Shown here piece after piece: positions 35,695-44,311 of a stretch of 64,000 nt of DNA (position 1 is its first letter; every line of letters begins with the position of its first letter). The stretch is from a virus, in IMG/VR virus record IMGVR_UViG_3300034782_000062, positions 1 through 64,000 of that record. The stretch is one strand, 5' to 3'. The notes beneath the pieces are model-generated. The model was not told the DNA's origin. It did not search any database and saw nothing but the letters and a program-made list of their open reading frames with translations. A program made the translations under genes and the position numbers.

Positions 35695-37181
35695 GCCACC
35701 GCCGATCGTCGTCGTGCGTTGTCCGCTGTGATAAAGATGTTTCCAGCCACGTTCACGGCATCGGCCGAGCCCTCCAGACCCGTTCCGGCCGCACGGAAGT
35801 CAGTCCTCGTTCCGATAGGATTCGGCACCTGGCCAGCGACGAACCGCTGCACTAGATTCGTCAGCGCAGGTGGAAAATCCGTCCAGGGCTTCGATCGAAG
35901 CGCACGCCGAAAAGCAACTCTCTCTGGAGTACACATGTCGGGGCTACTCGGACAGCGCCCAGAGTTTGGATCTACCCACGCCGGGTTAATTGGCTGCGAA
36001 TAGGCCTGAACGAATGACCCAAGTGTCGGATAAAGCTGACGCTTCTGCCCAACTGTCATGTAGTGGTTCGCGTAGGCCCACAACACCGCCGACGCACCCT
36101 GCTGAACATCGCTCTGACTCCAGGCCGACGGTGTCCTGCTGACCTCTCCCCAGATGGAGCGCGCCAGCCAGAGCATGTCGTCCTGAGTAATCTGGTACGG
36201 AGCTTCGCCGGGGAAGTGCATGACGCCATTGACGATTTGAGCCCCAGAAGAGAAGCTACTCTGCGCTGTCTTGACGATGCGGTAAATCGCATAACCCAAC
36301 AGCACCATCGCTCCTGCGCCAAGCAGCGCGATAAGCGGCCTTTCCTTGAAAAAGTCAACAATCTCGACGAAACGTTGAGCAAGCGTCCGCGGGCGGTTGT
36401 ACATCATCGCCCGGCTCAAACGTCGTTCTGCCAGCTCTCGATTCCGCACCATTGGGCGAACGTCCTGAAGACTCGCCTCGCACAGACGACCAACTCTCTG
36501 TGTCTCCTCTAAAATTTTGAACTGACAGGGATCGCAAGCCTCCGGAGCGATTCCTACCTCATCAATATCCAGGGAGAGCTGCCTGTCTTCATATTCCTGT
36601 TCGTCCGCATGGACCTGGTCCGGCACCACAAAGACACGCTCAACCTTCTTGCGCTTGCGCCTCTGGGGCACGACGATGACTTCACGCACCGTCTCTTCTT
36701 CATCTTCATTCCGGTCGATCAGGGCTTCAGCAACCAGGGCTTCTAGTCGACGAATATCCTTACGGATATCGTCGTCAAGACGCTCAGTTCGCCGACGAGT
36801 CTCACGGCGCTCGGACTTCGAGGTCTTCTTTCGGCGACGTTTCCCTGACTTGGAAACAAACTGACCGGATTCCTTACTGCGCCTGACCTTGGTGCCCGGA
36901 ACGATGCCCTCTTCAAGAGCACTCTCATAGGCCCTCCGCTCGGAAGCGCTCCACTCATCCATGGGAAGGAACTGTCCGGTCTCAGGATCCTGAGGAGGAA
37001 TCCAAACGTCCTTAGTCGTCTTGCGGCGCTTTCCCTTCTTCTTGACGACTGGATTCTTGAACGCACCTTCCCTTTTCAGGCGGTCGAACGTGCGCTGATC
37101 CTTCTTGCTCCACAACTCACGAGGTAGAAAGGTTCCATCCTCTCCCCGTGGTGGCGTAAATGTTGTCTGACGCTTGGACAT
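35691..37181 (-). CDS. Basic N-terminal domain, TM, and C-terminal SleB-like cell wall hydrolase
   Basis: DDMLWLARSIWGEV (Hydrolase_2-like catalytic Glu); three R/D..TGQF-type repeats in the N-terminus. Confidence 0.6.
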   Translation of the reverse strand: MSKRQTTFTPPRGEDGTFLPRELWSKKDQRTFDRLKREGAFKNPVVKKKGKRRKTTKDVWIPPQDPETGQFLPMDEWSASERRAYESALEEGIVPGTKVRRSKESGQFVSKSGKRRRKKTSKSERRETRRRTERLDDDIRKDIRRLEALVAEALIDRNEDEEETVREVIVVPQRRKRKKVERVFVVPDQVHADEQEYEDRQLSLDIDEVGIAPEACDPCQFKILEETQRVGRLCEASLQDVRPMVRNRELAERRLSRAMMYNRPRTLAQRFVEIVDFFKERPLIALLGAGAMVLLGYAIYRIVKTAQSSFSSGAQIVNGVMHFPGEAPYQITQDDMLWLARSIWGEVSRTPSAWSQSDVQQGASAVLWAYANHYMTVGQKRQLYPTLGSFVQAYSQPINPAWVDPNSGRCPSSPDMCTPERVAFRRALRSKPWTDFPPALTNLVQRFVAGQVPNPIGTRTDFRAAGTGLEGSADAVNVAGNIFITADNARRRSAVA

Positions 37182-37334
37182 TACTTCGTAACTCTCCGAT
37201 GCTGCGAAGCATTAGCAAGGGTGTCAGGGGCCGGCCCCATAAGACTCAAGGTTACCCTCCTTCTTTTATTTAAGCACCCTGGTCTCGTATATTGACCCAG
37301 GACACCCTTGATAACACCCCGCAACACTCGGGTC

Positions 37335-38231
37335 TTATTCTTCGCTCTCTTCCTCCTCGTCATTCTCCTCAGGAGCTGGATTCTCTTCAGGCTCTTCCTC
37401 TTCCAGCTCTTCGATCTTCTCGCCGTTCACGGTTGCGAAGAACCTGTCTTGCTCATCATCTGACAGGTTTTCGAGCTGAGCGGCGAGCTTCTCGCCAGGG
37501 CTGAGTCCCGGATTTCTTTCGGGCGGGAAAAGAGCGTTTTTGACAAAGCCAGTGACCTTCTCCGTCAGAGTTTCTTCTTCTGGATTTTTCCGCAGCTCCG
37601 ACTCTTCGCGCATGGCCTTGCCGACGGCCTTTCCCATCACGCGAACACGCTCCAGCTCGACCTCTCGCTTCTGCTCCGCCGCTTTGGTGGTCCGGTAGTA
37701 CACAAGACCACCGAGGCCGACGGCTCCAACAGCCGCGACGCCCCAGATGTTGTCACTGAGTGCCTGGAGCCCTCTCTCTAGAGGCGTGGCCGTCTGCTGC
37801 TGGTTCCCCTCCTCGATGGTTGTCAGATAGTCGAACACAGAGAAGACACCAGCGCCGATTGAGATCGCCACTGCCGCCACGGCGAATGGCACTCCCCCCA
37901 TGGGGAGCTGTTCTTCAAGACCTTCTGGAATACCGGCTTGCATCTCTTGGCGAGACGGCTCGTGACCCCTGAGCACCGACAAGAACTGCCGAAGCTGTTC
38001 GACAGCTCTCTGCTCCATCTGAGGGTCTCGATTCGAACGCAGAACCATCTGGACCTGCTGCGGCGTCATCATCGCTGCTCGCATCCCTGCAGCGCGCTCG
38101 TTGTTCTTGCGGCGAAGCTTGTGAAAGCGTGCAATGACTGCGCGAACCTTCGCAATGGTGTCGCGCATCTCCCTTTCTTGCTCAGGAGATGCCATCGCCA
38201 TTTGTTCTTGCATGAATTGAGGCTGTGTCAT
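37335..38231 (-). CDS. Two-TM membrane protein with three xNP motifs and an acidic tail
   Basis: Start ATG 38231 (ATGA overlap); RKNP, ERNP, EENP. Confidence 0.65.
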   Translation of the reverse strand: MTQPQFMQEQMAMASPEQEREMRDTIAKVRAVIARFHKLRRKNNERAAGMRAAMMTPQQVQMVLRSNRDPQMEQRAVEQLRQFLSVLRGHEPSRQEMQAGIPEGLEEQLPMGGVPFAVAAVAISIGAGVFSVFDYLTTIEEGNQQQTATPLERGLQALSDNIWGVAAVGAVGLGGLVYYRTTKAAEQKREVELERVRVMGKAVGKAMREESELRKNPEEETLTEKVTGFVKNALFPPERNPGLSPGEKLAAQLENLSDDEQDRFFATVNGEKIEELEEEEPEENPAPEENDEEEESEE

Positions 38232-38914
38232 CGTTGCTGCTCCAAGATCTCCTCGATAATGTTCGAGTCGATGAGCCATCCCTCAACACGAAAGCCAACG
38301 GTGCCAATGGGAACTGGCGAGACTGCCCTGTTGATATAGTAGGCTTCCACCTCTCGCCCTGACTTCGCATAAAGAGAGAACTCCACCTCACGGGAACCAA
38401 CGCGATCACCCAAAAACGGGAAGTAAGCTCTGTCTTCAGCAGGCAAAAGCGGCTGCACCCTTGTCGAACGAATTTCGACTGGCACTACCTCACCTATCTC
38501 GAAGAAGCATTGAACCGACCCCTCGATGACCCCGGGGGGGAGCAGCTCACCAAGACCGAAAGCAGCTTTGGCGAAGAAGTACATGTTGTCGATGACGAGG
38601 GTCCGATCGGAAGGCACATTGAAGCTGAGTATGGGGAATCGCCGCCCCAGAGGGACTGTGCTGAACTCGACCTCGTCGGTGAGATCGACGAAGACTATCT
38701 GCTCGTCTTGAAGACGGGAATAGAAGTCCTTAACCAGCCTGACACGACGGGCATCTTTTTTGCCGCCGCTGATAGGCTTCGCCCTGAGCATATCCGGGTC
38801 CAGTCCATAGACCTTCTCCCGAACCTGGGGATTGATCACACCGGGTTCTTTGTGGTCGCGCCTGACCAATGGCCCGATCGGAATACCGTGGCGCTTTTTT
38901 CGTCCGCCACCCAT
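38228..38914 (-). CDS. Putative single jelly-roll (minor) capsid protein
   Basis: ILSFNVPSDRTLVI...FSLYAKSGREVEA...VGFRVEGWLI beta pattern; third gene after the core protein. Confidence 0.45.
   Translation of the reverse strand: MGGGRKKRHGIPIGPLVRRDHKEPGVINPQVREKVYGLDPDMLRAKPISGGKKDARRVRLVKDFYSRLQDEQIVFVDLTDEVEFSTVPLGRRFPILSFNVPSDRTLVIDNMYFFAKAAFGLGELLPPGVIEGSVQCFFEIGEVVPVEIRSTRVQPLLPAEDRAYFPFLGDRVGSREVEFSLYAKSGREVEAYYINRAVSPVPIGTVGFRVEGWLIDSNIIEEILEQQR
38704..38716. repeat. Palindromic motif (CGTCTTGAAGACG)
   Basis: Perfect match, intragenic. Confidence 0.8.
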
Positions 38915-38917
38915 CGA

Positions 38918-39688
38918 CTACATCTCCAGCGGCTGCAGCACCTTGAAGCCGTCGAATGTAATCTTGAGCTGAAGGTTGACGGGACCTGAATCGATTTCTT
39001 CACCCGACCCGATCGAAAGGATTGGAACAGCTCTGAGGGGGTTGCAGATGAAGCTGATCGTCGTGCCGGCAGCGAAGATTTCATTGTTCATGAAATATCC
39101 GTCGTCGTCACGGCGAAACAGGATATCCCCGCTGATAGGCTTGTCCTGACGGTTTCGCTCGCTTCCGCCATCGCTGTACTGCCACTCGAAATCGAGAGGC
39201 GGCGCTATGTAGCCATCGAATGGAGGTGTACCGGTACTGAACGCAAGCTGAGCTGCGTCACGTGCCCAGTTGAAGTACTCAACCCTCGAAGTGACAGGTG
39301 CAAACCGACCGATAAAGTCGGTATAGTCCGCTGTTCCGAGACCGATCACCTCCAACGATGGGGCTTCGGTGTAGATGAGCGAAGCAAACAGTCTTCGGGC
39401 GATGAATGGACCGTCTCGGCTGACGTTCACCGTCCCCGTCACGGGAGCCTGAGACCCACCTGGCAGGTTGATGTTGATCTGATACTTGTACGGGAGTTGC
39501 TTGCCAGGCATGTCGTCGATGTGAACTTCTTGGCGCTCCAGCGTCTCGCGAGCCTTCCGTTCATCCGCCAGCTCGGCAGAAAGGCGCTGGTTTTCGACAA
39601 CAGCCTCATCGATCTGCCCCTGAAGCTTGCGCAGTTCGAACGCGACCTCAGGTGCAATAACTCGCCGCTTTCCGTTGTTGTTTGGCAT
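38918..39688 (-). CDS. Putative single jelly-roll capsid protein with an N-terminal coiled coil
   Basis: YQININ...VNVSRDGPFIARRL...FEWQYSDGGSERNRQ...FAAGTTISF...LKITFDGFKV. Confidence 0.5.
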   Translation of the reverse strand: MPNNNGKRRVIAPEVAFELRKLQGQIDEAVVENQRLSAELADERKARETLERQEVHIDDMPGKQLPYKYQININLPGGSQAPVTGTVNVSRDGPFIARRLFASLIYTEAPSLEVIGLGTADYTDFIGRFAPVTSRVEYFNWARDAAQLAFSTGTPPFDGYIAPPLDFEWQYSDGGSERNRQDKPISGDILFRRDDDGYFMNNEIFAAGTTISFICNPLRAVPILSIGSGEEIDSGPVNLQLKITFDGFKVLQPLEM

Positions 39689-39699
39689 CCTTCCAACCT

Positions 39700-39873
39700 C
39701 CCGTCATGAACGGGGTAACAGCTCATTGCGAGCCGCCTCTGGCCGGAACGATGTTAAGATTGCCGCACAGACCGGCCAGGACAATGATGGGTATCAGCCC
39801 CTCCCGTCACCAGGACGAGAGGGGCGTCACCTCACTTTTTCGCGTCAGAGACTCTAAGGGGCTCTAACCCCTT
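39700..39873 (-). other. Cluster of five hairpins between the capsid genes
   Basis: Stems CCCGT/ACGGG (39700-39714), GCTC/GAGC (39721-39733), CTGGCCGG/CCGGCCAG (39739-39779), GCCCCTC/GAGGGGC (39797-39825), AAGGGG/CCCCTT (39856-39873). Confidence 0.6.
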
Positions 39874-39880
39874 GAAATCC

Positions 39881-40528
39881 CTACTGAACCTCGCGAGTTC
39901 CGAGACCGTCAAGGAAGTACTTGATATCCTTGGCGATGTCGTCTTCGAGATTCAGTGCCTGCACCAGGTCGTGGTCCGCGGTGTTCGCCATGGGGAAGAC
40001 CTCTGCGAGAACTTCGATACCCTGGCGGGGCGGGACGGCGATCGGGCGACCGAGGCGAAGCAGAGCCGAGTGGCTGGGCACGCCGTTGTTGATGAGGACA
40101 AGCGAGGTGTCCCCACCGATGTCGCCGTAGATGCCGGCTGCCATGGGCACGTAGTGGGTGCCCGACACGAACTGCGGCTTGTCGCCGATGGCGACCGTCC
40201 AGAAGAGCTGGGCCTGGCACTGCAGGTACAGCCTGTGGACGTAGTAGGCCGGCGATCCGACCAAGCCGGACGTCAGCTCACCCGCACGGAAGTGCGTGAG
40301 GCAGCGGAGCGCCTTGATCTTGAAGGTCCGGTCGGCGACGAGCTGACCGGCGATCTTCATGTTGGTCCAGGCCCTGTTACCGAGGTTTGTCCCCGAGAAC
40401 AGACGGGTCTGGGTGCTCACCGGCTGACCGTTCGGGCCGATGTTCGTGGTCGCGTCCGACACGCCTCGGCAGAGGGTGTCGTACAGGGGCTGATGCAGAC
40501 GCTCGATGACGCCAACGATTGCAGGCAT
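39881..40528 (-). CDS. Putative major capsid protein (single jelly-roll)
   Basis: QPLYDT...LF...TNM..AGQL....FKIKALR...IAVPPRQGIEV...YFLDG pattern; strong GGAGAAAAG SD, biased GC3 codon usage, follows the core protein. Confidence 0.55.
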   Translation of the reverse strand: MPAIVGVIERLHQPLYDTLCRGVSDATTNIGPNGQPVSTQTRLFSGTNLGNRAWTNMKIAGQLVADRTFKIKALRCLTHFRAGELTSGLVGSPAYYVHRLYLQCQAQLFWTVAIGDKPQFVSGTHYVPMAAGIYGDIGGDTSLVLINNGVPSHSALLRLGRPIAVPPRQGIEVLAEVFPMANTADHDLVQALNLEDDIAKDIKYFLDGLGTREVQ

Positions 40529-40569
40529 GTCTTTTCTCCTCCCGTTTTGATTCAGCCCTTGCGGGCCTA

Positions 40570-40700
40570 GCGGGTGGTCGTCCCGCTGTCTTACCTGCTA
40601 CCCCTCTCCGCGGGGCCAAACACTCCGAAATAATGTTCAAGGCCTCGGGGAAGGCGGTCGGAGAAACCGCTTTTCGGGGTGCACGTCCCTATCCCCGAGA
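40570..40700 (-). other. Structured leader upstream of the putative MCP
   Basis: CTCGGGG/CCCCGAG closing stem with an inner GCGGT/ACCGC hairpin; GCGGG/CCCGC hairpin at 40570-40586. Confidence 0.45.
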
Positions 40701-40716
40701 CCATGATGACGATCAG

Positions 40717-43700
40717 CTAGAAGATTCCCTCTTCCTCACCGCTTGTGAAGATCCCCTCGTCACCGCCCTTGGGGCCGTGAGTCGGAATCGGCTCTGCCAC
40801 GCCAGGGACTCGACCGGGCGCCGGGTCGTGGACGGGACGTCGGTACATGGGAGCCGACCTGCGAAGCAGCGGGGGCTTCCAGGGTTCCATCGGGAGGTGA
40901 CCTGGTCGACCCGATACCTGGCGAACCCGCTGAGCGAACTTCTTGCGAGCGAGGCCAGCGGCTGCTCGGCCGAGCTTCGAGTAGAACGCGTCATCGAGAG
41001 GAAGACCGGCAGCGATGCGCTCCCGGACCATCTTGGCGACGGCCTGCTTGAAGCCAGGCATCAGCGGACGCGTTCGGATGCTCTGTTCGACGGCCGCGAC
41101 GGAGGGCTCCTGGCCCATGCCCGCGTAGGCCTCTTCGACCATCGCACCCATGCCGCTCATGGGAACTTCGAGGTACTCGCCGGTGCCGGCGTATGCCTCT
41201 TCGACCATGGCTCCCATCCCAGCGTAGGCTTCCTCGACCTGAGCGCCCATGCCCGACATCGGGACTTCCAGGTACTCACTCATCGGAACTTCGAGGTACT
41301 CGCTGACACCGCCGCTTCCGCCACCGGCGAAAGCCTCTTCGACCATGGCTCCCATCCCACTCATCGGGACTTCCAGGTACTCGCTCATGGGAACTTCGAG
41401 GTACTCGCCGGTACCGTCCATCCCAGAGAGAACACCCGCCTTGCCGCCTTCGAAGATGCCGCCCTGGTCGCCGCCCATACCGCTCATGCGGTCCAGCTCC
41501 AGCTCCAGCTCTTCCTCGATCCCACCGACACCGTCGAGGGCTGCCTCGTAGATGTCGATCTGACCGAATCCAGCGGTCCCCTCAGCCTCCAGCTCGGGCG
41601 GCATGCCGTTGCCGTTCACGAGGCCGTTGCCGTTGCCGTTCACGAGGCCGTTGCCGTTGCCGTTCACGAGGCCGTTGCCGTTGGTGACCATCGCCTGCGG
41701 AGCGATCGGGAGCATACCGTTGGCAGGCTCGACGATTGCGGCTGGTGCGGCCTCAGCAGCGCCAGCACCAGGCATGACCCAAGCAGCGTAGTCGGACGGG
41801 ATCGTCCTGGACGCGACGAGGTTCAGCATGATGTTGACGATCGCGGCCATACCAGCACCGGCTGCGACGAAGGGCTTCATCGCCTGCAGCTTCTCGTTCT
41901 CCGGCATCAAGGATGCGAGAGCCCAGAAGCCGAGACCGGCTGCGACGTTTCCGACGACCGAGGTCCAGTTGCCGAGGTGCTGAGAGATCGAGGTGACGTT
42001 CGTCAGAGCGCGACCAGCAGCGACCGCGGCGCCAAAGCCGATGAATCCGAGACCCGCTGCCTTGCCGACCGACATGAGCTGCTCGCTCGTCGGGAGCATG
42101 GCGAGTGCTTCGGGGTTCGTGACCATGGCGGCGTGGCCACCATTTCGCATCATGGCTCGCTGCTCACGCTTGGTGAGGAGGCCGAGCTTCTTGGCCTTTG
42201 CCTGCGAGATCCACTTGCCACCGTAGTGGTGCGGATACCACTGGTTCCTGCGGCCACCGGGGACCTTCACGCGCTTCCGACGCGGCTTCCGGCGCGTGTA
42301 GCTGTAGGGATGCACGCGGACCTTGGACCGCTTGTAGGGGTTGCGGGTGATCTTGCCCTTGCGGCTTCCCGTCTTCTTGAGACGGTAGGAGTAGCCCTTC
42401 ACCCTCACGCCGTCGGCGCGGGTGTAGCCCTTCACGCGAACGATCTTGCCCTTGCGGCGACCGTTCGAACGCTTGCGGGAGTAGGTGCGCTTGCGACCCT
42501 TGGCCTTGCGACGCGGGTAGCGGCGCATGTAGGTGCCGCCGCCCGGCTTGCGGACGCGGTACCGACGGGCCTTGCCGCGCTTGGCCTTCTTGGTGGCGCG
42601 CTTCTTGGTCGCCTTCCGACGCTTGGTCGGGTAGCGGCGCATGTAGGTGCCGCCGCCCGGCTTGCGGACGCGGTACCGACGCGGCCTGCGCGTGGTCTTC
42701 TTGGTGGCGCGCTTCTTGGTCGCCTTCCGACGCTTGGTCGGATAGCGGCGCATGTAGGTGCCGCCGCCCGGCTTGCGGACGCGGTACCGACGAGCGGTCT
42801 TCCGCTTGGCGGTCTTGCGCTTGGCCGGCTTGCGCTTCTTGGTGGTCGTGGCCTTTCGCTTGTAGCTGTAGGCCTTGCGCAAGATCTTTCCGCTTCGAGA
42901 GCGCTTGGCGGGGACTTTGACCGTGACGGTCTTGCCCCGACGGGCGGTCTTCTTCTTGGCGGTCTTCCGACGCTTGGTCGGGTACCGGCGCAGATAGGTG
43001 CCGCCACTGGGCTTTCGCACGCGGTAGCGCTTCCCAGTCGTGCGGCGGCGCTTCTTCGCGGTCGTCTTCCGCTTCTTGGGCTTCGCTGCCACGGTCTTCC
43101 TCCTGGTTGGTTTCGCCTTTTTTGCCGCGCTGGGCTTGAGCCCATACGCTGCGTTGACTGCCGCCGGCCCGACTCCCTTGCGAGTCGTTCCGTCGGTCTT
43201 GAACAGCTTGCTGTCGCGCTCAGACATGGGCCGACCGCCGACGAGCCGACCGGTGACGGGGTGGATGACACCCTGCCTCCAGTGACCCTTCGCCGCTGCG
43301 CCCTTGACACCTGGCGCTCGTTTCTTCCCCGCCGTCGCCTTGACACGCTGAGCACGCTCAGCTTTCTGCTTCGCGCGCTGGAACCCACGAGAGGTCCACT
43401 TCTTGCGCTCAGCCATCGTCATGGGCGTACCCAGGATGCCGCGCTTCTTGGTGCCGGGGTGGACGTCTGTCCGCCAACGAACCGTCTTGTTCGCCGTGAT
43501 GCGCTTCTTCTTGTTCGAGACCATGCGGCCCGTTCGGGTGTTGCGCTTCGGGGCCGGGTTACGACGACGAGTCGTCGTCTTTCTCCGGGTCGCCGTCTTG
43601 CGCTTCGGCTTTGCTGCTCGCTTGTAGGTATACGCCTTGCGGACGACCCTACCTGTACGAGTGCGCTTCGCCGGAACCTTCACGGTCACCTTCCGGGGCT

Positions 43701-44232
43701 TGCGCTTCGTGGCTCTCTTTTTGGTTGCCACTGACTTCTTCTTCCCTGCGGCATTGCGGGACTGGGGCCGCGACCGCGTGGAGTTCCTCTTCGGGCTTGC
43801 GCTCGAAGCTCGTTTGCTCGCAGATGCGCTACGCGACGTCTTCACGACGCGGCCGGAGACGGTGTTCTTGGAAACACTTTTTCTCCGGCCGGTATTCGCT
43901 CTGCGAGCATATGATCCAGCCTTTTTATTAGGAACCACACGACCGCTCACTTGCTTGGTCGAGGAGTTCTTCCGAGCCTTGGGAGACTTTCCACTCTCGA
44001 CGATCCTGCCCTGAACCGGATTCGAGGAGCGCCTGCTACTCCTTCGCGGCGAGGGGTTCTCCCATGCTGCCCGAGTCCGTTCACGACGAGAATACCTGCG
44101 GGGAAGGATGCTCTCATGGCCCCACCGAGACGCACTGGCGCGCGGTCTGGGGTTGACCATGGTCACACCGCGCCGCGTCCCATTGCTGGGATTCTTGCGT
44201 TTTGGTGTGTTCAGCACGTAGCCCTTGGCCAT
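40717..44232 (-). CDS. 1171-aa core/nucleoprotein-like precursor: about 690 aa K/R-rich, hydrophobic helices, acidic Gly-Met repeat region
   Basis: RYRVRKPGGGTYMRRYP repeats, VKGYTRADGVRVKGY hairpin, 3 hydrophobic helices, LVNGNGNG x3, EYLEVPMS x5, MSGMG x4. Confidence 0.75.
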   Translation of the reverse strand: MAKGYVLNTPKRKNPSNGTRRGVTMVNPRPRASASRWGHESILPRRYSRRERTRAAWENPSPRRSSRRSSNPVQGRIVESGKSPKARKNSSTKQVSGRVVPNKKAGSYARRANTGRRKSVSKNTVSGRVVKTSRSASASKRASSASPKRNSTRSRPQSRNAAGKKKSVATKKRATKRKPRKVTVKVPAKRTRTGRVVRKAYTYKRAAKPKRKTATRRKTTTRRRNPAPKRNTRTGRMVSNKKKRITANKTVRWRTDVHPGTKKRGILGTPMTMAERKKWTSRGFQRAKQKAERAQRVKATAGKKRAPGVKGAAAKGHWRQGVIHPVTGRLVGGRPMSERDSKLFKTDGTTRKGVGPAAVNAAYGLKPSAAKKAKPTRRKTVAAKPKKRKTTAKKRRRTTGKRYRVRKPSGGTYLRRYPTKRRKTAKKKTARRGKTVTVKVPAKRSRSGKILRKAYSYKRKATTTKKRKPAKRKTAKRKTARRYRVRKPGGGTYMRRYPTKRRKATKKRATKKTTRRPRRYRVRKPGGGTYMRRYPTKRRKATKKRATKKAKRGKARRYRVRKPGGGTYMRRYPRRKAKGRKRTYSRKRSNGRRKGKIVRVKGYTRADGVRVKGYSYRLKKTGSRKGKITRNPYKRSKVRVHPYSYTRRKPRRKRVKVPGGRRNQWYPHHYGGKWISQAKAKKLGLLTKREQRAMMRNGGHAAMVTNPEALAMLPTSEQLMSVGKAAGLGFIGFGAAVAAGRALTNVTSISQHLGNWTSVVGNVAAGLGFWALASLMPENEKLQAMKPFVAAGAGMAAIVNIMLNLVASRTIPSDYAAWVMPGAGAAEAAPAAIVEPANGMLPIAPQAMVTNGNGLVNGNGNGLVNGNGNGLVNGNGMPPELEAEGTAGFGQIDIYEAALDGVGGIEEELELELDRMSGMGGDQGGIFEGGKAGVLSGMDGTGEYLEVPMSEYLEVPMSGMGAMVEEAFAGGGSGGVSEYLEVPMSEYLEVPMSGMGAQVEEAYAGMGAMVEEAYAGTGEYLEVPMSGMGAMVEEAYAGMGQEPSVAAVEQSIRTRPLMPGFKQAVAKMVRERIAAGLPLDDAFYSKLGRAAAGLARKKFAQRVRQVSGRPGHLPMEPWKPPLLRRSAPMYRRPVHDPAPGRVPGVAEPIPTHGPKGGDEGIFTSGEEEGIF
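41110..41420. repeat. Coding repeats EYLEVPMS(GMG) / AMVEEAYAG
   Basis: Repeated gggacttccaggtactc and ggaacttcgaggtactc blocks. Confidence 0.85.
41606..41683. repeat. 24-bp tandem repeat encoding LVNGNGNG
   Basis: ttcacgaggccgttgccgttgccg x3. Confidence 0.9.
42510..43035. repeat. About 111-114-bp tandem repeats encoding RYRVRKPGGGTYMRRYP (3 near-exact, 1 diverged)
   Basis: gcggcgcatgtaggtgccgccgcccggcttgcggacgcggtaccgacg near 42520, 42634 and 42745; diverged copy near 42985. Confidence 0.9.
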
Positions 44233-44234
44233 AC

Positions 44235-44311
44235 TAAGCCTGTCCCTTGTTCAGGTCTGAGAGGGATTGGGTTTTCTCTCGGCACCATCCTATGGGGCTG
44301 GGACAGGCTTA
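44235..44311 (-). promoter_or_regulatory. 5' leader with a perfect 12-bp stem sequestering the ribosome-binding region of the core-protein gene
   Basis: TAAGCCTGTCCC (44235-44246) pairs with GGGACAGGCTTA (44300-44311) and ends 2 nt from ATG 44232; two inner hairpins. Confidence 0.65.

Noticed and set aside
37181-37363. 60-aa basic ORF between two genes
   Set aside because: The start lies inside the upstream gene's Glu codons and it has no motif; it could be real but is unsupported.
40640-40716. Hammerhead ribozyme (CGAAA next to stems)
   Set aside because: The CUGAUGA core is absent (CTGATCG) and the helix order does not fit.
41110-43035. Regular repeats as a possible CRISPR array
   Set aside because: They are in-frame coding repeats without unique spacers, and no cas genes are present.
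40519-43734. 1071-aa plus-strand ORF antisense to the core gene
   Set aside because: Shadow frame of a GC3-biased repetitive gene; it mirrors the same repeats and has no SD or domain signal.
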